A stretch of DNA of 64,000 nt, taken from the NCBI GenBank assembly GCA_001805645.1, contig MHGQ01000049.1, positions 66,216 through 130,215 on the forward strand. The letters are read 5' to 3'. The DNA is from Omnitrophica WOR_2 bacterium RIFCSPHIGHO2_02_FULL_50_17. GTDB taxonomy: Bacteria > Omnitrophota > Gorgyraeia > Zapsychrales > Zapsychraceae. Shown here piece after piece: positions 18,623-27,490 of the stretch (the first letter of the stretch is position 1; each line of letters opens with the position of its first letter). Under the pieces are notes generated by a model that had not been told where the DNA came from, ran no database searches, and saw only the letters and a program-made list of their open reading frames with translations. The translations under genes and the position numbers were made by a program.

Positions 18623-19765
18623 TTACTTAAACACTTTTTTTATTTTCTCGGCAATCGAACTGGCCTGGGGGTCGACCTTCTCCCCGCTAATCTGAGCAAA
18701 TTTCTCCAATAACTGCCTCTGTTCGGCAGTCAATCTTTCAGGCACCTCCAGCATCACCTTTACATACTGATCACCCGGTACCCCCCCACGCAAACCAGGC
18801 ATGCCCTTGCCCTTCAGGCGAAAGACCTTGCCACTTGGCGTACCTGCCGGGATTTTCATTTTAACGGTATCGTTGAGAGTGGGGACGGACACCTCCGCGC
18901 CCAAGGCCGCCTTGACAAAACTTACCGACAGCTGCATATAGATATCATCCTCATTGCGCTCAAAGAGAGAATGGGACAGAACCCGGATGTACAAATAGAG
19001 ATCCCCGGCGCCGCCGCCGCCAATTTCTCCCTCTCCGGCGATCCTTAGGCGTGTGTTATTGTCCACACCCGGCGGGATAGTCACGTCAATCTTTCGCGTC
19101 ACACGCACGACCCCTTTACCGTGACATTGGGGGCAAAACTCCGTAATAATCTGTCCTGCCCCGCCGCAGGCTGAACATGTTTGCTGCATCCTGAAAAATC
19201 CGCTGGACATCACCACCTGACCGCGGCCGCCGCAAGTGCTGCAGGTCTTAGGTTTCGTTCCTGGCTTGGCCCCCGACCCCTCACACGACGCGCAGTGCTC
19301 ATGACGGGGGATTTTTATCTTTTTGGCAACTCCCGCGAAGGCCTCTTCTAAAGTCACCTCAACCTCATACTGGATATCATGGCCCCGCCGTGGCCGCCGG
19401 CTCCGGCGGCTGGCCCCTCCAAAAATATCAAACCCTGCATCGCCGAAGAACTGGCCGAAGATATCCCCCAATCCTAAATCCTCAAAGATGCCGCTGAAGT
19501 CGGCCCCTCGGAAGATATCCTCTGTCGTATACTGCTGATCGATGCCGGCATGACCGTATTGATCATACATGGACCGCTTCTTGGCGTCGGACAAAACGCC
19601 GTAGGCCTCGGAAATTTCCTTAAATCTCTGTTCCGCCTCGGCCTTTTCCTCTGGGGGGACGCGGTCCGGATGGAACTTCAACGCCAGGGAACGATACGCC
19701 TTCTTGATTTGCTGCGGCGCGGCATCCTTGGGGACGCCCAGTATTTCGTAATAATCTTTCTTCAT
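18623..19765 (-). CDS. dnaJ: Molecular chaperone DnaJ
   Basis: J-domain with HPD (YYEILGV...FHPDR), a G/F region, and four CxxCxGxG zinc-finger repeats. Confidence 0.95.
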   Translation of the reverse strand: MKKDYYEILGVPKDAAPQQIKKAYRSLALKFHPDRVPPEEKAEAEQRFKEISEAYGVLSDAKKRSMYDQYGHAGIDQQYTTEDIFRGADFSGIFEDLGLGDIFGQFFGDAGFDIFGGASRRSRRPRRGHDIQYEVEVTLEEAFAGVAKKIKIPRHEHCASCEGSGAKPGTKPKTCSTCGGRGQVVMSSGFFRMQQTCSACGGAGQIITEFCPQCHGKGVVRVTRKIDVTIPPGVDNNTRLRIAGEGEIGGGGAGDLYLYIRVLSHSLFERNEDDIYMQLSVSFVKAALGAEVSVPTLNDTVKMKIPAGTPSGKVFRLKGKGMPGLRGGVPGDQYVKVMLEVPERLTAEQRQLLEKFAQISGEKVDPQASSIAEKIKKVFK

Positions 19766-19791
19766 GGATTCTGCCGGAGATTAAGACGCAA

Positions 19792-19823
19792 AGAGGCAAG
19801 CGACTTATTTGTCTCTTGCCTCT
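19792..19823 (-). other. Intercistronic hairpin between dnaK and dnaJ
   Basis: agaggcaag (19792-19800) pairs with cttgcctct (19815-19823) around a 14-nt loop. Confidence 0.4.
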
Positions 19824-19887
19824 CTTTTAAAAATAACGGTTTTTACAAAATTCCCCGCTCTGCTTTCTGTTTTTTATCTTTTATTTC

Positions 19888-21828
19888 TTATTTTTTATCT
19901 TTATTGTCGTCTTCCGCTTCGAAATCGGCGTCGATAATATCTTCATTAGAGGCACCCTGGGGACCCTCCTGCTGGGCATGATGTCCATGTGTCTTGTGCT
20001 GCCCCCCCTCAGGACCGCCCCCGCCTTTTGCTCCGGCTGTCTGCTGCGCCGCTGTGGCCTTGTAAACCTCTTCGGCCAATTTATGACTTGCCTTCTGAAG
20101 CGAGTCCATGGCCCCTTTGATCTTTCCCTCATCGCCGGATTTAATCGCTTCTTTCAGATTATTCAGCTCTCTTTCGATATTGGACTTGTCGTCAGCCGAG
20201 ATCTTATCTCCGTAATCGCGGATGGATTTCTCGGTCGCATAAACAATCACATTGGCCTGATTGACCAATTCGACCTTCTCTTTACGCTTCTTATCCTGAT
20301 CGGCATATTGCTCGGCCTCTTTGACCATCTTCTGGATCTCTGCATCCGAGAGCTTGGTCGGGGCGGTAATACGAATCGACTGTTCTTTCCCTGTCCCCTT
20401 GTCCTTTGCTGCAACATGAACGATGCCGTCCGTATCGATATTGAAGGTAACCTCGATTTGCGGGATACCGCGCGGGGCCGGCGGAATCCCCACCAGGTCA
20501 AAACGCCCCAGCTCGACGTTATCATCTGCCATGGGGCGCTCCCCCTGAAGGACGCGGATAGTCACCGCGGGCTGATTATCATCGGCCGTCGAGAAGACCT
20601 GACTCTTGCGCGTAGGAATGGTTGTGTTGCGCTCAATGAGTTTTGTAAAGACGCCCCCCAAGGTCTCGATCCCCAGAGTCAACGGTGTCACGTCCAAAAG
20701 AAGGACTTCTTTGGCCTCTCCCCGGATAATCCCGCTCTGAATGGCCGCCCCCAGGGCCACACATTCCATAGGGTCTATCCCGCCTTCAATTTTACGGCCA
20801 ATCTCTTTCTCGACAAAGGCCTGAACACAAGGCATACGCGTGGGGCCGCCCACGAGAATGACGCGGTCAACCTTGACATCTTCGCCCATCTTAGCCGAGG
20901 CGTCTTTAACGGCCTGACGAATGGGGCCGTGGCAACGGTCAATAAGAGGAGACACCAGGCTTTCCAGCTTGGCGCGATTGATAGTAAGGGTCAGATGTTT
21001 GGGGCCGTTGGAGTCCGCCGTAATAAACGGAAGATTGATATCTGTCGAGACAGTGCTGGAAAGCTCCACCTTCGCCTTCTCCGCGGCCTCGCGCAGGCGC
21101 TGAAAGGCCATTTTATCTTTCTTGAGATCAATCCCCGCGTCCTTCTTAAACTCCTCACAAATGTGATTGATCAAAATGTTATCCATATCCGTTCCGCCGA
21201 GCTCATTGTCTCCGCTGGTGGATATGACCTCAAAGGTGGCGGCCTTGTGTCCCTCATCCCATCCCATCTCAAGGATCGTCACATCGAGGGTCCCGCCGCC
21301 AAAATCAAAAACCATGATCTTCTGTTCCTTGCCGGCCTTGTCCAGTCCATACGCCAGACACGCCGCGGTCGGCTCATTGATGATCCGAAGCACCTTCAAG
21401 CCCGCAATCTCGCCGGCATCTTTGGTGGCCTGCCTTTGATTGTCATTAAAATAAGCGGGGACTGTGATCACGGCTTCTTCGACGGGTTCGCCAAGATATT
21501 TCTCGGCATCCGCCTTGATCTTCTGAAGGATGAAGGAGCTGATCTGCTGCGGGGTGAATTCCTTGCCGCCGACATGATATTTGTGGTCCGTCCCCATCTT
21601 CCTCTTGGCGGCATAGATCGTTCCTTCGGAATTCATCGGTGCCTGACGGCGGGCCGGCTCTCCCACCAATCGTTGCCCGTCTTTGGTGAATGCCACAAAA
21701 GAAGGGAATGCCTTGCCAGAGGAAACCCCAGCCCCTTCCGCCGAAGGGATAATCGTCGGACGCCCCCCCTCCATGACCGCCGCCGCGGAATTGGATGTTC
21801 CCAAATCAATGCCTATTGCTTTTGCCAT
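19888..21828 (-). CDS. dnaK: Molecular chaperone DnaK (Hsp70)
   Basis: [18 protein letters not shown] and other Hsp70 signatures. 646 aa with an acidic C-terminus. Confidence 0.95.
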   Translation of the reverse strand: MAKAIGIDLGTSNSAAAVMEGGRPTIIPSAEGAGVSSGKAFPSFVAFTKDGQRLVGEPARRQAPMNSEGTIYAAKRKMGTDHKYHVGGKEFTPQQISSFILQKIKADAEKYLGEPVEEAVITVPAYFNDNQRQATKDAGEIAGLKVLRIINEPTAACLAYGLDKAGKEQKIMVFDFGGGTLDVTILEMGWDEGHKAATFEVISTSGDNELGGTDMDNILINHICEEFKKDAGIDLKKDKMAFQRLREAAEKAKVELSSTVSTDINLPFITADSNGPKHLTLTINRAKLESLVSPLIDRCHGPIRQAVKDASAKMGEDVKVDRVILVGGPTRMPCVQAFVEKEIGRKIEGGIDPMECVALGAAIQSGIIRGEAKEVLLLDVTPLTLGIETLGGVFTKLIERNTTIPTRKSQVFSTADDNQPAVTIRVLQGERPMADDNVELGRFDLVGIPPAPRGIPQIEVTFNIDTDGIVHVAAKDKGTGKEQSIRITAPTKLSDAEIQKMVKEAEQYADQDKKRKEKVELVNQANVIVYATEKSIRDYGDKISADDKSNIERELNNLKEAIKSGDEGKIKGAMDSLQKASHKLAEEVYKATAAQQTAGAKGGGGPEGGQHKTHGHHAQQEGPQGASNEDIIDADFEAEDDNKDKK

Positions 21829-21923
21829 TTTGTCCTCCTTGCTTCATGTCATAGGTCACTCCCGACGCGCCATCTTTGATGTCGGTCGGGACTCCGACCG
21901 AGGCTTGAGCCGAGCGTCGGAGA

Positions 21924-21955
21924 AGGTCACCAGGACACATGTGTCTTGGTGACCT
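21924..21955. repeat. 32-bp near-perfect palindrome directly abutting the grpE stop codon
   Basis: aggtcaccaggacacatgtgtcttggtgacct has one mismatch against its reverse complement. Confidence 0.6.
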
Positions 21956-22549
21956 CTAATTCTTTTTTTTCTCTTTATTCGTAGCTACTTTCACCTTACT
22001 CGTCCGAATCACCCGGTCGCCTAAGGTGTATCCCCTTTGAAACTCCTCGAGAATGGTTCCTTCTTCAACCCCCTCGGATTCTTCCTGCAGAAGAATCTCA
22101 TGACAATGCGGATCAAACATCTGCCCCTTGACCTCGATCGGCCTGACGCTGTTTTTCTTGAGCATCTCATGAATCTGCGCCATGATCATTTCAACGCCTT
22201 TGAGGAAAGCCGCGTAATCCTCGTGTTTGGCCTGGGCGGCTTCCACCGACCGTTCCAGATTATCCAGGATATTGAGAAACTCCGCAATCAGCCCTTCATT
22301 GGCGTATTTGACGAATTCCTGTTTGTCGCGTTCCATGCGCTTACGCGCATTTTCAAACTCGGCGTACAAACGAACATATTTATCCTTGTATTGAGCGGCT
22401 TCTTCGATCAATTTCTTATGCTCGGACTCCGTGAGCGTGATCGTCCTGCCCTCTGAGGATTTTCCCGCCGCTTCTGCCGCCTTTTCGTCCGCCAGCGTTT
22501 CCTTGCCGGTGATCTTGGCGGCACCCTCTGTTTTATTCTTGTTTTCCAT
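21956..22549 (-). CDS. grpE: Nucleotide exchange factor GrpE
   Basis: Coiled-coil N-terminus and a GrpE C-terminal domain (FDPHCHEIL...). Operon context with dnaK. Confidence 0.9.
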   Translation of the reverse strand: MENKNKTEGAAKITGKETLADEKAAEAAGKSSEGRTITLTESEHKKLIEEAAQYKDKYVRLYAEFENARKRMERDKQEFVKYANEGLIAEFLNILDNLERSVEAAQAKHEDYAAFLKGVEMIMAQIHEMLKKNSVRPIEVKGQMFDPHCHEILLQEESEGVEEGTILEEFQRGYTLGDRVIRTSKVKVATNKEKKKN

Positions 22550-22641
22550 TGAGATAAAAAGACAAACCCGCGGCGACGCTGCCCCGGGACGATCCTAAAA
22601 CGCCTCTCTATGCCCTGCTAGGAGGCACTATCTATCCCCTA

Positions 22642-23379
22642 TCACAAGATATCTTCCATCAAACCGGAAAAATAATCGACGACGGAAACCACCTTCTTGT
22701 AATCCATGCGTGTCGGCCCCAAAACCGCTATCCGGCCGCTCACGCCCTGTCTGGACCTGTAACGGGAGACCACCAAAGAGCACGTATCTATATCCGCACA
22801 CTCCATCTCATCACCGATAAAAATTTCGATCCGCTGGACCAGCTCTTTATTAATAATCTCCAAGAGCCGTTCTTTCTCATCCAGGGCGGCCAGAATAGCC
22901 CTTATCTTATCGGTGTCCTGATATTCCGGATACCCCACGATAAAACTTGTCCCCTGGCAGAAAACCTTATTGTCCAAGCCATCAACAGAAACGAAGGTTG
23001 TATAATGGGTCATCTGAGATAAAACGCGTGAGGTCTTCTCAAGAAGGACATCCAGCTCGGCGTACTCACGTTCATACTCGGCCCGGATACGATTTTTTTC
23101 CTCTTCAAGAAGATGGATTTCATCCATGAGATAGTCCACGTAATAGCGGTATCCATTCTGCGTCGGCACACGCCCGGAGGATGTATGCGGATGAGTGAGA
23201 TATCCCTCCTCTTCCAATTCGGCCAGGACATGACGGATCGTTGCCGGACTTAAGTCAAGACCGTATTCTTTGGCGATAAATGCGGAACTCACCGGTGATA
23301 CGGTTCGGATGTATTGGTCCACCGTAATGGTAAGAATCTTCTCTTTTCTCTCTTTAAGATCTGTTTTTCGCGGTGTCAT
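22642..23379 (-). CDS. hrcA: Heat-inducible transcription repressor HrcA (short variant, 245 aa)
   Basis: N-terminal wHTH (ILTITVDQYIRTVSPVSSAFIAKEY...LSPATIRHVLAELEEEGYL) and a CIRCE immediately upstream. Confidence 0.85.
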   Translation of the reverse strand: MTPRKTDLKERKEKILTITVDQYIRTVSPVSSAFIAKEYGLDLSPATIRHVLAELEEEGYLTHPHTSSGRVPTQNGYRYYVDYLMDEIHLLEEEKNRIRAEYEREYAELDVLLEKTSRVLSQMTHYTTFVSVDGLDNKVFCQGTSFIVGYPEYQDTDKIRAILAALDEKERLLEIINKELVQRIEIFIGDEMECADIDTCSLVVSRYRSRQGVSGRIAVLGPTRMDYKKVVSVVDYFSGLMEDIL

Positions 23380-23411
23380 AATGATAACCCTATTCGAGCA
23401 ATCAGGTCAGA

Positions 23412-23438
23412 TTAGCACTCTCTATAATAGAATGCTAA
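23412..23438. promoter_or_regulatory. CIRCE operator (HrcA binding site)
   Basis: TTAGCACTC-N9-GAATGCTAA has one mismatch to the consensus TTAGCACTC-N9-GAGTGCTAA. It lies just downstream of the hrcA promoter. Confidence 0.85.
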
Positions 23439-23444
23439 GGCGTC

Positions 23445-23472
23445 ATTGTAACAAAAACATCATTGTTGTCAA
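23445..23472 (-). promoter_or_regulatory. Probable sigma-70 promoter of the hrcA-grpE-dnaK-dnaJ operon
   Basis: On the minus strand, -35 TTGACA (23472-23467), a 16-nt spacer, and -10 TACAAT (23450-23445). CIRCE begins 6 nt downstream. Confidence 0.6.
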
Positions 23473-23531
23473 TAAAAAATTTCATTTCTAAATTCATTTC
23501 CACAAAACAAAACCTCATTACCCCCAAGATG

Positions 23532-24227
23532 TTAGGACCGCTCATCCTGCAGCAGCTTCACAATCCTTAAAAATTTTTCCAAATAATTTTCCATAGAAGA
23601 TATATGACGCATGAGGGCAGCCCGACTGGGGTTCTTCTGCATGGAAGAATAAAACTCCAATATAACCTCACCATCGACAATCCGAAGGGGCATAGAGGGA
23701 CAACCGCGGGCATCGATGTTCTTCAGTTGTGAAAAAATAGAGACGACCTTATCATTCTCCAAAAGGGTGTTGGCACGCTGGACATCGTTCGTATGGATAT
23801 TAAGACCTTTGAGCTTAGGAGGCACATGGACACGCGTCTCCTGGGGCGTCGGCTCATCAGGGATTTTAGAGGCGATGATGACGTCTGAGCGAACAAAAGT
23901 CGTTGATCGCGGCTCTTCCGTAAAACTCAACGTAAAATGGCCAGCTGTTTTGGTCTTTAAATAGGCCTTATAGACCCCCTCCTGTCGGAAGAGGGGGCGA
24001 GCAAACCCCCGGTCAGACACATCCTCATACATAAAGGATTGTCCTTCAAATATGAAACGAATGCCATAAGCATCCGGCTCTCCCTCAATAGCCCGAAGGT
24101 CCCCCTCTACAAATTTTGCCAAAGAGCGCAAAAATTGTTCCCGCGTTTGTTTCTTAGGGGAAGAACTCCCGCTTAATAAAATAATCCCGGCCAATAAGAC
24201 AATAACAACAAGGATAATCCAAATCAT
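23532..24227 (-). CDS. Hypothetical membrane-anchored protein
   Basis: N-terminal TM (IWIILVVIVLLAGIILL). No recognisable motifs. Length is 231 aa. Confidence 0.45.
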   Translation of the reverse strand: MIWIILVVIVLLAGIILLSGSSSPKKQTREQFLRSLAKFVEGDLRAIEGEPDAYGIRFIFEGQSFMYEDVSDRGFARPLFRQEGVYKAYLKTKTAGHFTLSFTEEPRSTTFVRSDVIIASKIPDEPTPQETRVHVPPKLKGLNIHTNDVQRANTLLENDKVVSIFSQLKNIDARGCPSMPLRIVDGEVILEFYSSMQKNPSRAALMRHISSMENYLEKFLRIVKLLQDERS

Positions 24228-24231
24228 TTTA

Positions 24232-25518
24232 TTACGTTATGGTGTTACGAATATCGTATTTGTAGAATTTTCCAGCAATCCGTGTCGGCACCATCGCGCG
24301 GATATGGATGGTCTTAGCGTAATATTTAATCGAATACACCTCACCCTCCTCATGGGCAAGGCTGACCAAATCCATACGGTTTATCGGCACCTCGACCTCA
24401 ACCTCCGTGACCAGACACGAGAGCATCCGGCTCATCTCGTCCAAAAGAAGAGAGATATTTTCCCCCGTCTTTGCCGAAATACAGACCCCATGCTCCTGGT
24501 TATCCTTAAATTGTTTAAGCCAATGCCTGTCTTCCAATTTATCGATTTTATTGAAAACCAGGATCGTCGGCTTGTCGTAGGCCTGCAGATCCTTGAGGAC
24601 ATCCACCACCGACTCCTGAAGCTGACGAAAACGGGGATGACTGACATCAACCACATGCAGCAATAAATCAGCCTCCTTGACCTCTTCGAGGGTGGCCTTA
24701 AACGCCTCAATCAGGCGGTGGGGCAGTTCATGCATAAATCCCACGGTGTCAGAGAGAATAATCCTTTGATGATTCGGCAGAGTCAACTGCCGGGAGAGCG
24801 AATCCAGGGTCGTAAATAAACCGTCGTAGACGGGCTGATCGGCCTGAGTAAGGGCATTCAACAGCGTTGATTTCCCCACGTTGGTATATCCGACGAGAGA
24901 AACGGCCGGGACTCCTTTGTCTCTGCGGTGTTTGCGTTTGAGGGCACGGCTGGCCGCCACCTCATCGAGATCCCGCCGCAGATTAACGATGCGCTGGTCG
25001 ATACGGCGCCGGTCTATCTCCAGCTTTGTTTCCCCCGGGCCTGAGGTTCCGATGCCGCCGCCAAGCTGGGATAATTGAATCCCTTTCCCCACCAGACGCG
25101 GCATCAGATACTCCAACTGGGCTAATTCCACCTGCATTTTCCCCTCTTGGCTGGTGGCATGCTTGGCAAAAATATCAAGAATAATCTGCGTGCGATCAAT
25201 TGTCTTGGCTTTGATGGTCTCCTCCAGATTCCTCTGCTGGCTTCCCTTCAGATCTTGGCTAAAAATGACCGTATCAACCCCCTTCGCCCCAACGACTTGC
25301 GCGATATCTCTGACCCGCCCTTCCCCGATAAGATACCCGGCAGTAGGCTTGTCCACATGACAAATAATACGCTCAACCACCTCGCCGCCGCAGCCGGCGA
25401 TAAGCTCCTCCATTTCCTCAAGGACATCCTGGGCGCTCCAGCGCTCACGCTCCTTTTTAAAATCAACAATAACCAGGAGGACTTTCTCTTTTTCTCTTTT
25501 ATTCTCGTAAGACATCAT
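24232..25518 (-). CDS. hflX: GTPase HflX
   Basis: HflX N-terminal domain plus a G domain with VGYTNVGKSTLLNALT and DTVGF. Confidence 0.9.
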   Translation of the reverse strand: MMSYENKREKEKVLLVIVDFKKERERWSAQDVLEEMEELIAGCGGEVVERIICHVDKPTAGYLIGEGRVRDIAQVVGAKGVDTVIFSQDLKGSQQRNLEETIKAKTIDRTQIILDIFAKHATSQEGKMQVELAQLEYLMPRLVGKGIQLSQLGGGIGTSGPGETKLEIDRRRIDQRIVNLRRDLDEVAASRALKRKHRRDKGVPAVSLVGYTNVGKSTLLNALTQADQPVYDGLFTTLDSLSRQLTLPNHQRIILSDTVGFMHELPHRLIEAFKATLEEVKEADLLLHVVDVSHPRFRQLQESVVDVLKDLQAYDKPTILVFNKIDKLEDRHWLKQFKDNQEHGVCISAKTGENISLLLDEMSRMLSCLVTEVEVEVPINRMDLVSLAHEEGEVYSIKYYAKTIHIRAMVPTRIAGKFYKYDIRNTIT

Positions 25519-26446
25519 CCCTCCCGATAACGGCTATGATTCTCTCCGCCACACCTGCCACCGTATCATTCTTCTCAATCATAATCCATTGCAATCTCTT
25601 TTCTCTGCGAAACCACGTAAGCTGGCGTTTGGCAAACCGGCGGGTATTCAGCTTAATCAAATGCCTTGCCTGATTTTCATCATATTCCCCGTTTAAATAA
25701 CCCCGAATTTCCCGAATGCCGATAATCCGTTCAGCCGTCAGGCTGAGCGTTAAATGTCCCAGGCCGTTAATCTCCTGCACAATCCCGTCACAAAACATCT
25801 TATCCACCCGCTCATTGATTCTTTCATGCAATCTTTGCCTCTCCATGCTCAAGGCCACGATCTTTATATCATATTTCCCCCAAATCCCCTCACGGTTTTT
25901 CTGGAGACTGGAAATAGGCTGGCGGCGCAAAATCCACACCTCCAAGGCACGGATGACGCGCCTTAGATCCCGGGGATGGATTTTATCCGCGGTCTTAGGA
26001 TCCGCCTTTTTGAGCCTATCATAAAGGTAATGAGGACCGTGCATCTGCGCCTCGGCTTTAAGCCCCTCCCGCAAAAGGCTGTTTTTAGGACCGTCCGGAA
26101 AAATCCCGTCTAGAAGAATCTGCATATAAAGACCGCTTCCTCCGACAACAATAGGGATATGACGGCGGGCATGGACCGCCTGAATGGCCTCCATGGCCAA
26201 AGCGGCAAACCGCGCCGCATCAAATTCATCCCGCACAGAGACAATATTAATCAGATGATGAGGGACAGCGCGCAGCATTTCATCCGATGGTTTATTCGTG
26301 GCAATATTGATTTCTTTGTAAACCTGCATGGAGTCGCAGGAGACGATTTCCCCTTGCATGCGCTGGGCTAAAAGGCAGGCCGTCTCGGATTTACCGACCG
26401 CTGTCGGCCCGACGATAAAGATAATTTTCTGAGAATTTACACCCAT
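25499..26446 (-). CDS. miaA: tRNA dimethylallyltransferase
   Basis: IVGPTAVGKSETA P-loop and IPTP family sequence. Confidence 0.9.
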   Translation of the reverse strand: MGVNSQKIIFIVGPTAVGKSETACLLAQRMQGEIVSCDSMQVYKEINIATNKPSDEMLRAVPHHLINIVSVRDEFDAARFAALAMEAIQAVHARRHIPIVVGGSGLYMQILLDGIFPDGPKNSLLREGLKAEAQMHGPHYLYDRLKKADPKTADKIHPRDLRRVIRALEVWILRRQPISSLQKNREGIWGKYDIKIVALSMERQRLHERINERVDKMFCDGIVQEINGLGHLTLSLTAERIIGIREIRGYLNGEYDENQARHLIKLNTRRFAKRQLTWFRREKRLQWIMIEKNDTVAGVAERIIAVIGRDDVLRE

Positions 26447-26453
26447 TATGAAA

Positions 26454-27227
26454 CTACGGGTAAATCTGGGTAGGATACCCTAATTGGGCTAACTTAATCT
26501 TCAGTTTTTGCGCCTCTTTCAAAATGGCCAGCTGACCAACCCGCACACGATAGAACCTGCGATCGCGGGAATCCATGGTTTCCACAATATAAGCGTACTC
26601 TCCTTTTCGTTTTAACTCGGCCGCCAAGGCCTCTGCCTTCTCGCGCTCCGAGAAAGAGCCCACCTGCACAGCAAAGTATTGTTTCTCTTCGAGCAGTTGT
26701 CTGGCTGTAAAAACCTCCAAACTGTTAGGGAAAGTGCGGATAATTTTCTCCAGACAATCGCGGGCATCTTCCCATTGGGCAAGTTTTAAATTAACCCTCG
26801 CTAGTTTTAAATACACTAAGCTCATCGCTTCCGGCCGCGGAGTCTGCCGTAGAAACTCTTGGGCCACGCCATAAGCCTCCTTATATTTTTCCTCCAGATA
26901 ATAGGTATCAAGCAATCCCAGAGACACCTTATCCCGCAACTGCGGGTCAATCCCGTTTTTTCCCGCCCCTTGGAATGAGGCCCGGGCTTCCTTGTAGTTC
27001 CCTAATTTCAATTGGCTTAATCCCAAATAATAGCGGACTTTCTGCGCAACGGCCTTCTGAGGCTTATGGGAAAGTCCCTGTTGGGCGAATTCTTGGGCTT
27101 GGGCATAATCCTCTTTGAGGATCGCCGTTTCAATGTCGGCTAACGCCGCCCAGGCCGCATTCCCGTGAAAGAAAAAAATACAAACGCCTACTGCAGGAAA
27201 AATCAAACTTAGTCCGCGTCTGTGCAT
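26454..27227 (-). CDS. Periplasmic TPR-repeat protein with C-terminal SPOR domain
   Basis: Signal peptide, TPR-like repeats, and a C-terminal SPOR-like domain (FAVQVGSFSEREKAEALAAELKRKGEYAYIVE...FYRVRVGQL). Confidence 0.7.
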   Translation of the reverse strand: MHRRGLSLIFPAVGVCIFFFHGNAAWAALADIETAILKEDYAQAQEFAQQGLSHKPQKAVAQKVRYYLGLSQLKLGNYKEARASFQGAGKNGIDPQLRDKVSLGLLDTYYLEEKYKEAYGVAQEFLRQTPRPEAMSLVYLKLARVNLKLAQWEDARDCLEKIIRTFPNSLEVFTARQLLEEKQYFAVQVGSFSEREKAEALAAELKRKGEYAYIVETMDSRDRRFYRVRVGQLAILKEAQKLKIKLAQLGYPTQIYP

Positions 27228-27244
27228 AGGAGTTATCTTAACAA

Positions 27245-27274
27245 AAATTACAGCTTTTTCTAGTGCATTGTCAA
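27245..27274 (-). promoter_or_regulatory. Candidate sigma-70 promoter for the TPR-SPOR gene
   Basis: On the minus strand, -35 TTGACA (27274-27269), an 18-nt spacer, and -10 TAATTT (27250-27245). Confidence 0.35.
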
Positions 27275-27298
27275 AAAAGTGGCAGGCCTAGGGATGGC

Positions 27299-27380
27299 GT
27301 CATTGCGAGGCCGTTAGGCCGAAGCAATCTCATCCGTCGACGTTGGGATTGCTTCGCTCCCGTTGGTCGCTCGCAATGGC
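27299..27380. other. Nested long inverted repeat (two stems separated by internal loops)
   Basis: Outer stem cattgcgag (27301-09) with ctcgcaatg (27370-78). Inner stem gaagcaatc (27321-29) with gattgcttc (27347-55), around a 17-nt loop containing cgtcgacg. The internal bubble segments ccgttagg and ccgttggt are direct repeats. Confidence 0.5.
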
Positions 27381-27433
27381 ACATTGCTTATTGCGTTTGT
27401 ATTAGATCAAAACTTTCTCTGACGCAATGAAAT

Positions 27434-27470
27434 AGCAAGGCCTTAATCCAGAAAGGACTAAGGCCTTGCT
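27434..27470 (-). terminator. Hairpin just downstream of the repeat-protein gene; likely a terminator
   Basis: Perfect 12-bp arms agcaaggcctta and taaggccttgct around a 13-nt loop. On the minus RNA it is followed by AUUUCAUU. Confidence 0.5.
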
Positions 27471-27490
27471 ACGTCATCCCCGCAATAATG

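Noticed and set aside
19978-21879. 633-aa plus-strand ORF antisense to dnaK
   Set aside because: dnaK on the minus strand is unambiguous. The antisense ORF has a low-complexity Arg/Leu-rich composition typical of a shadow frame.
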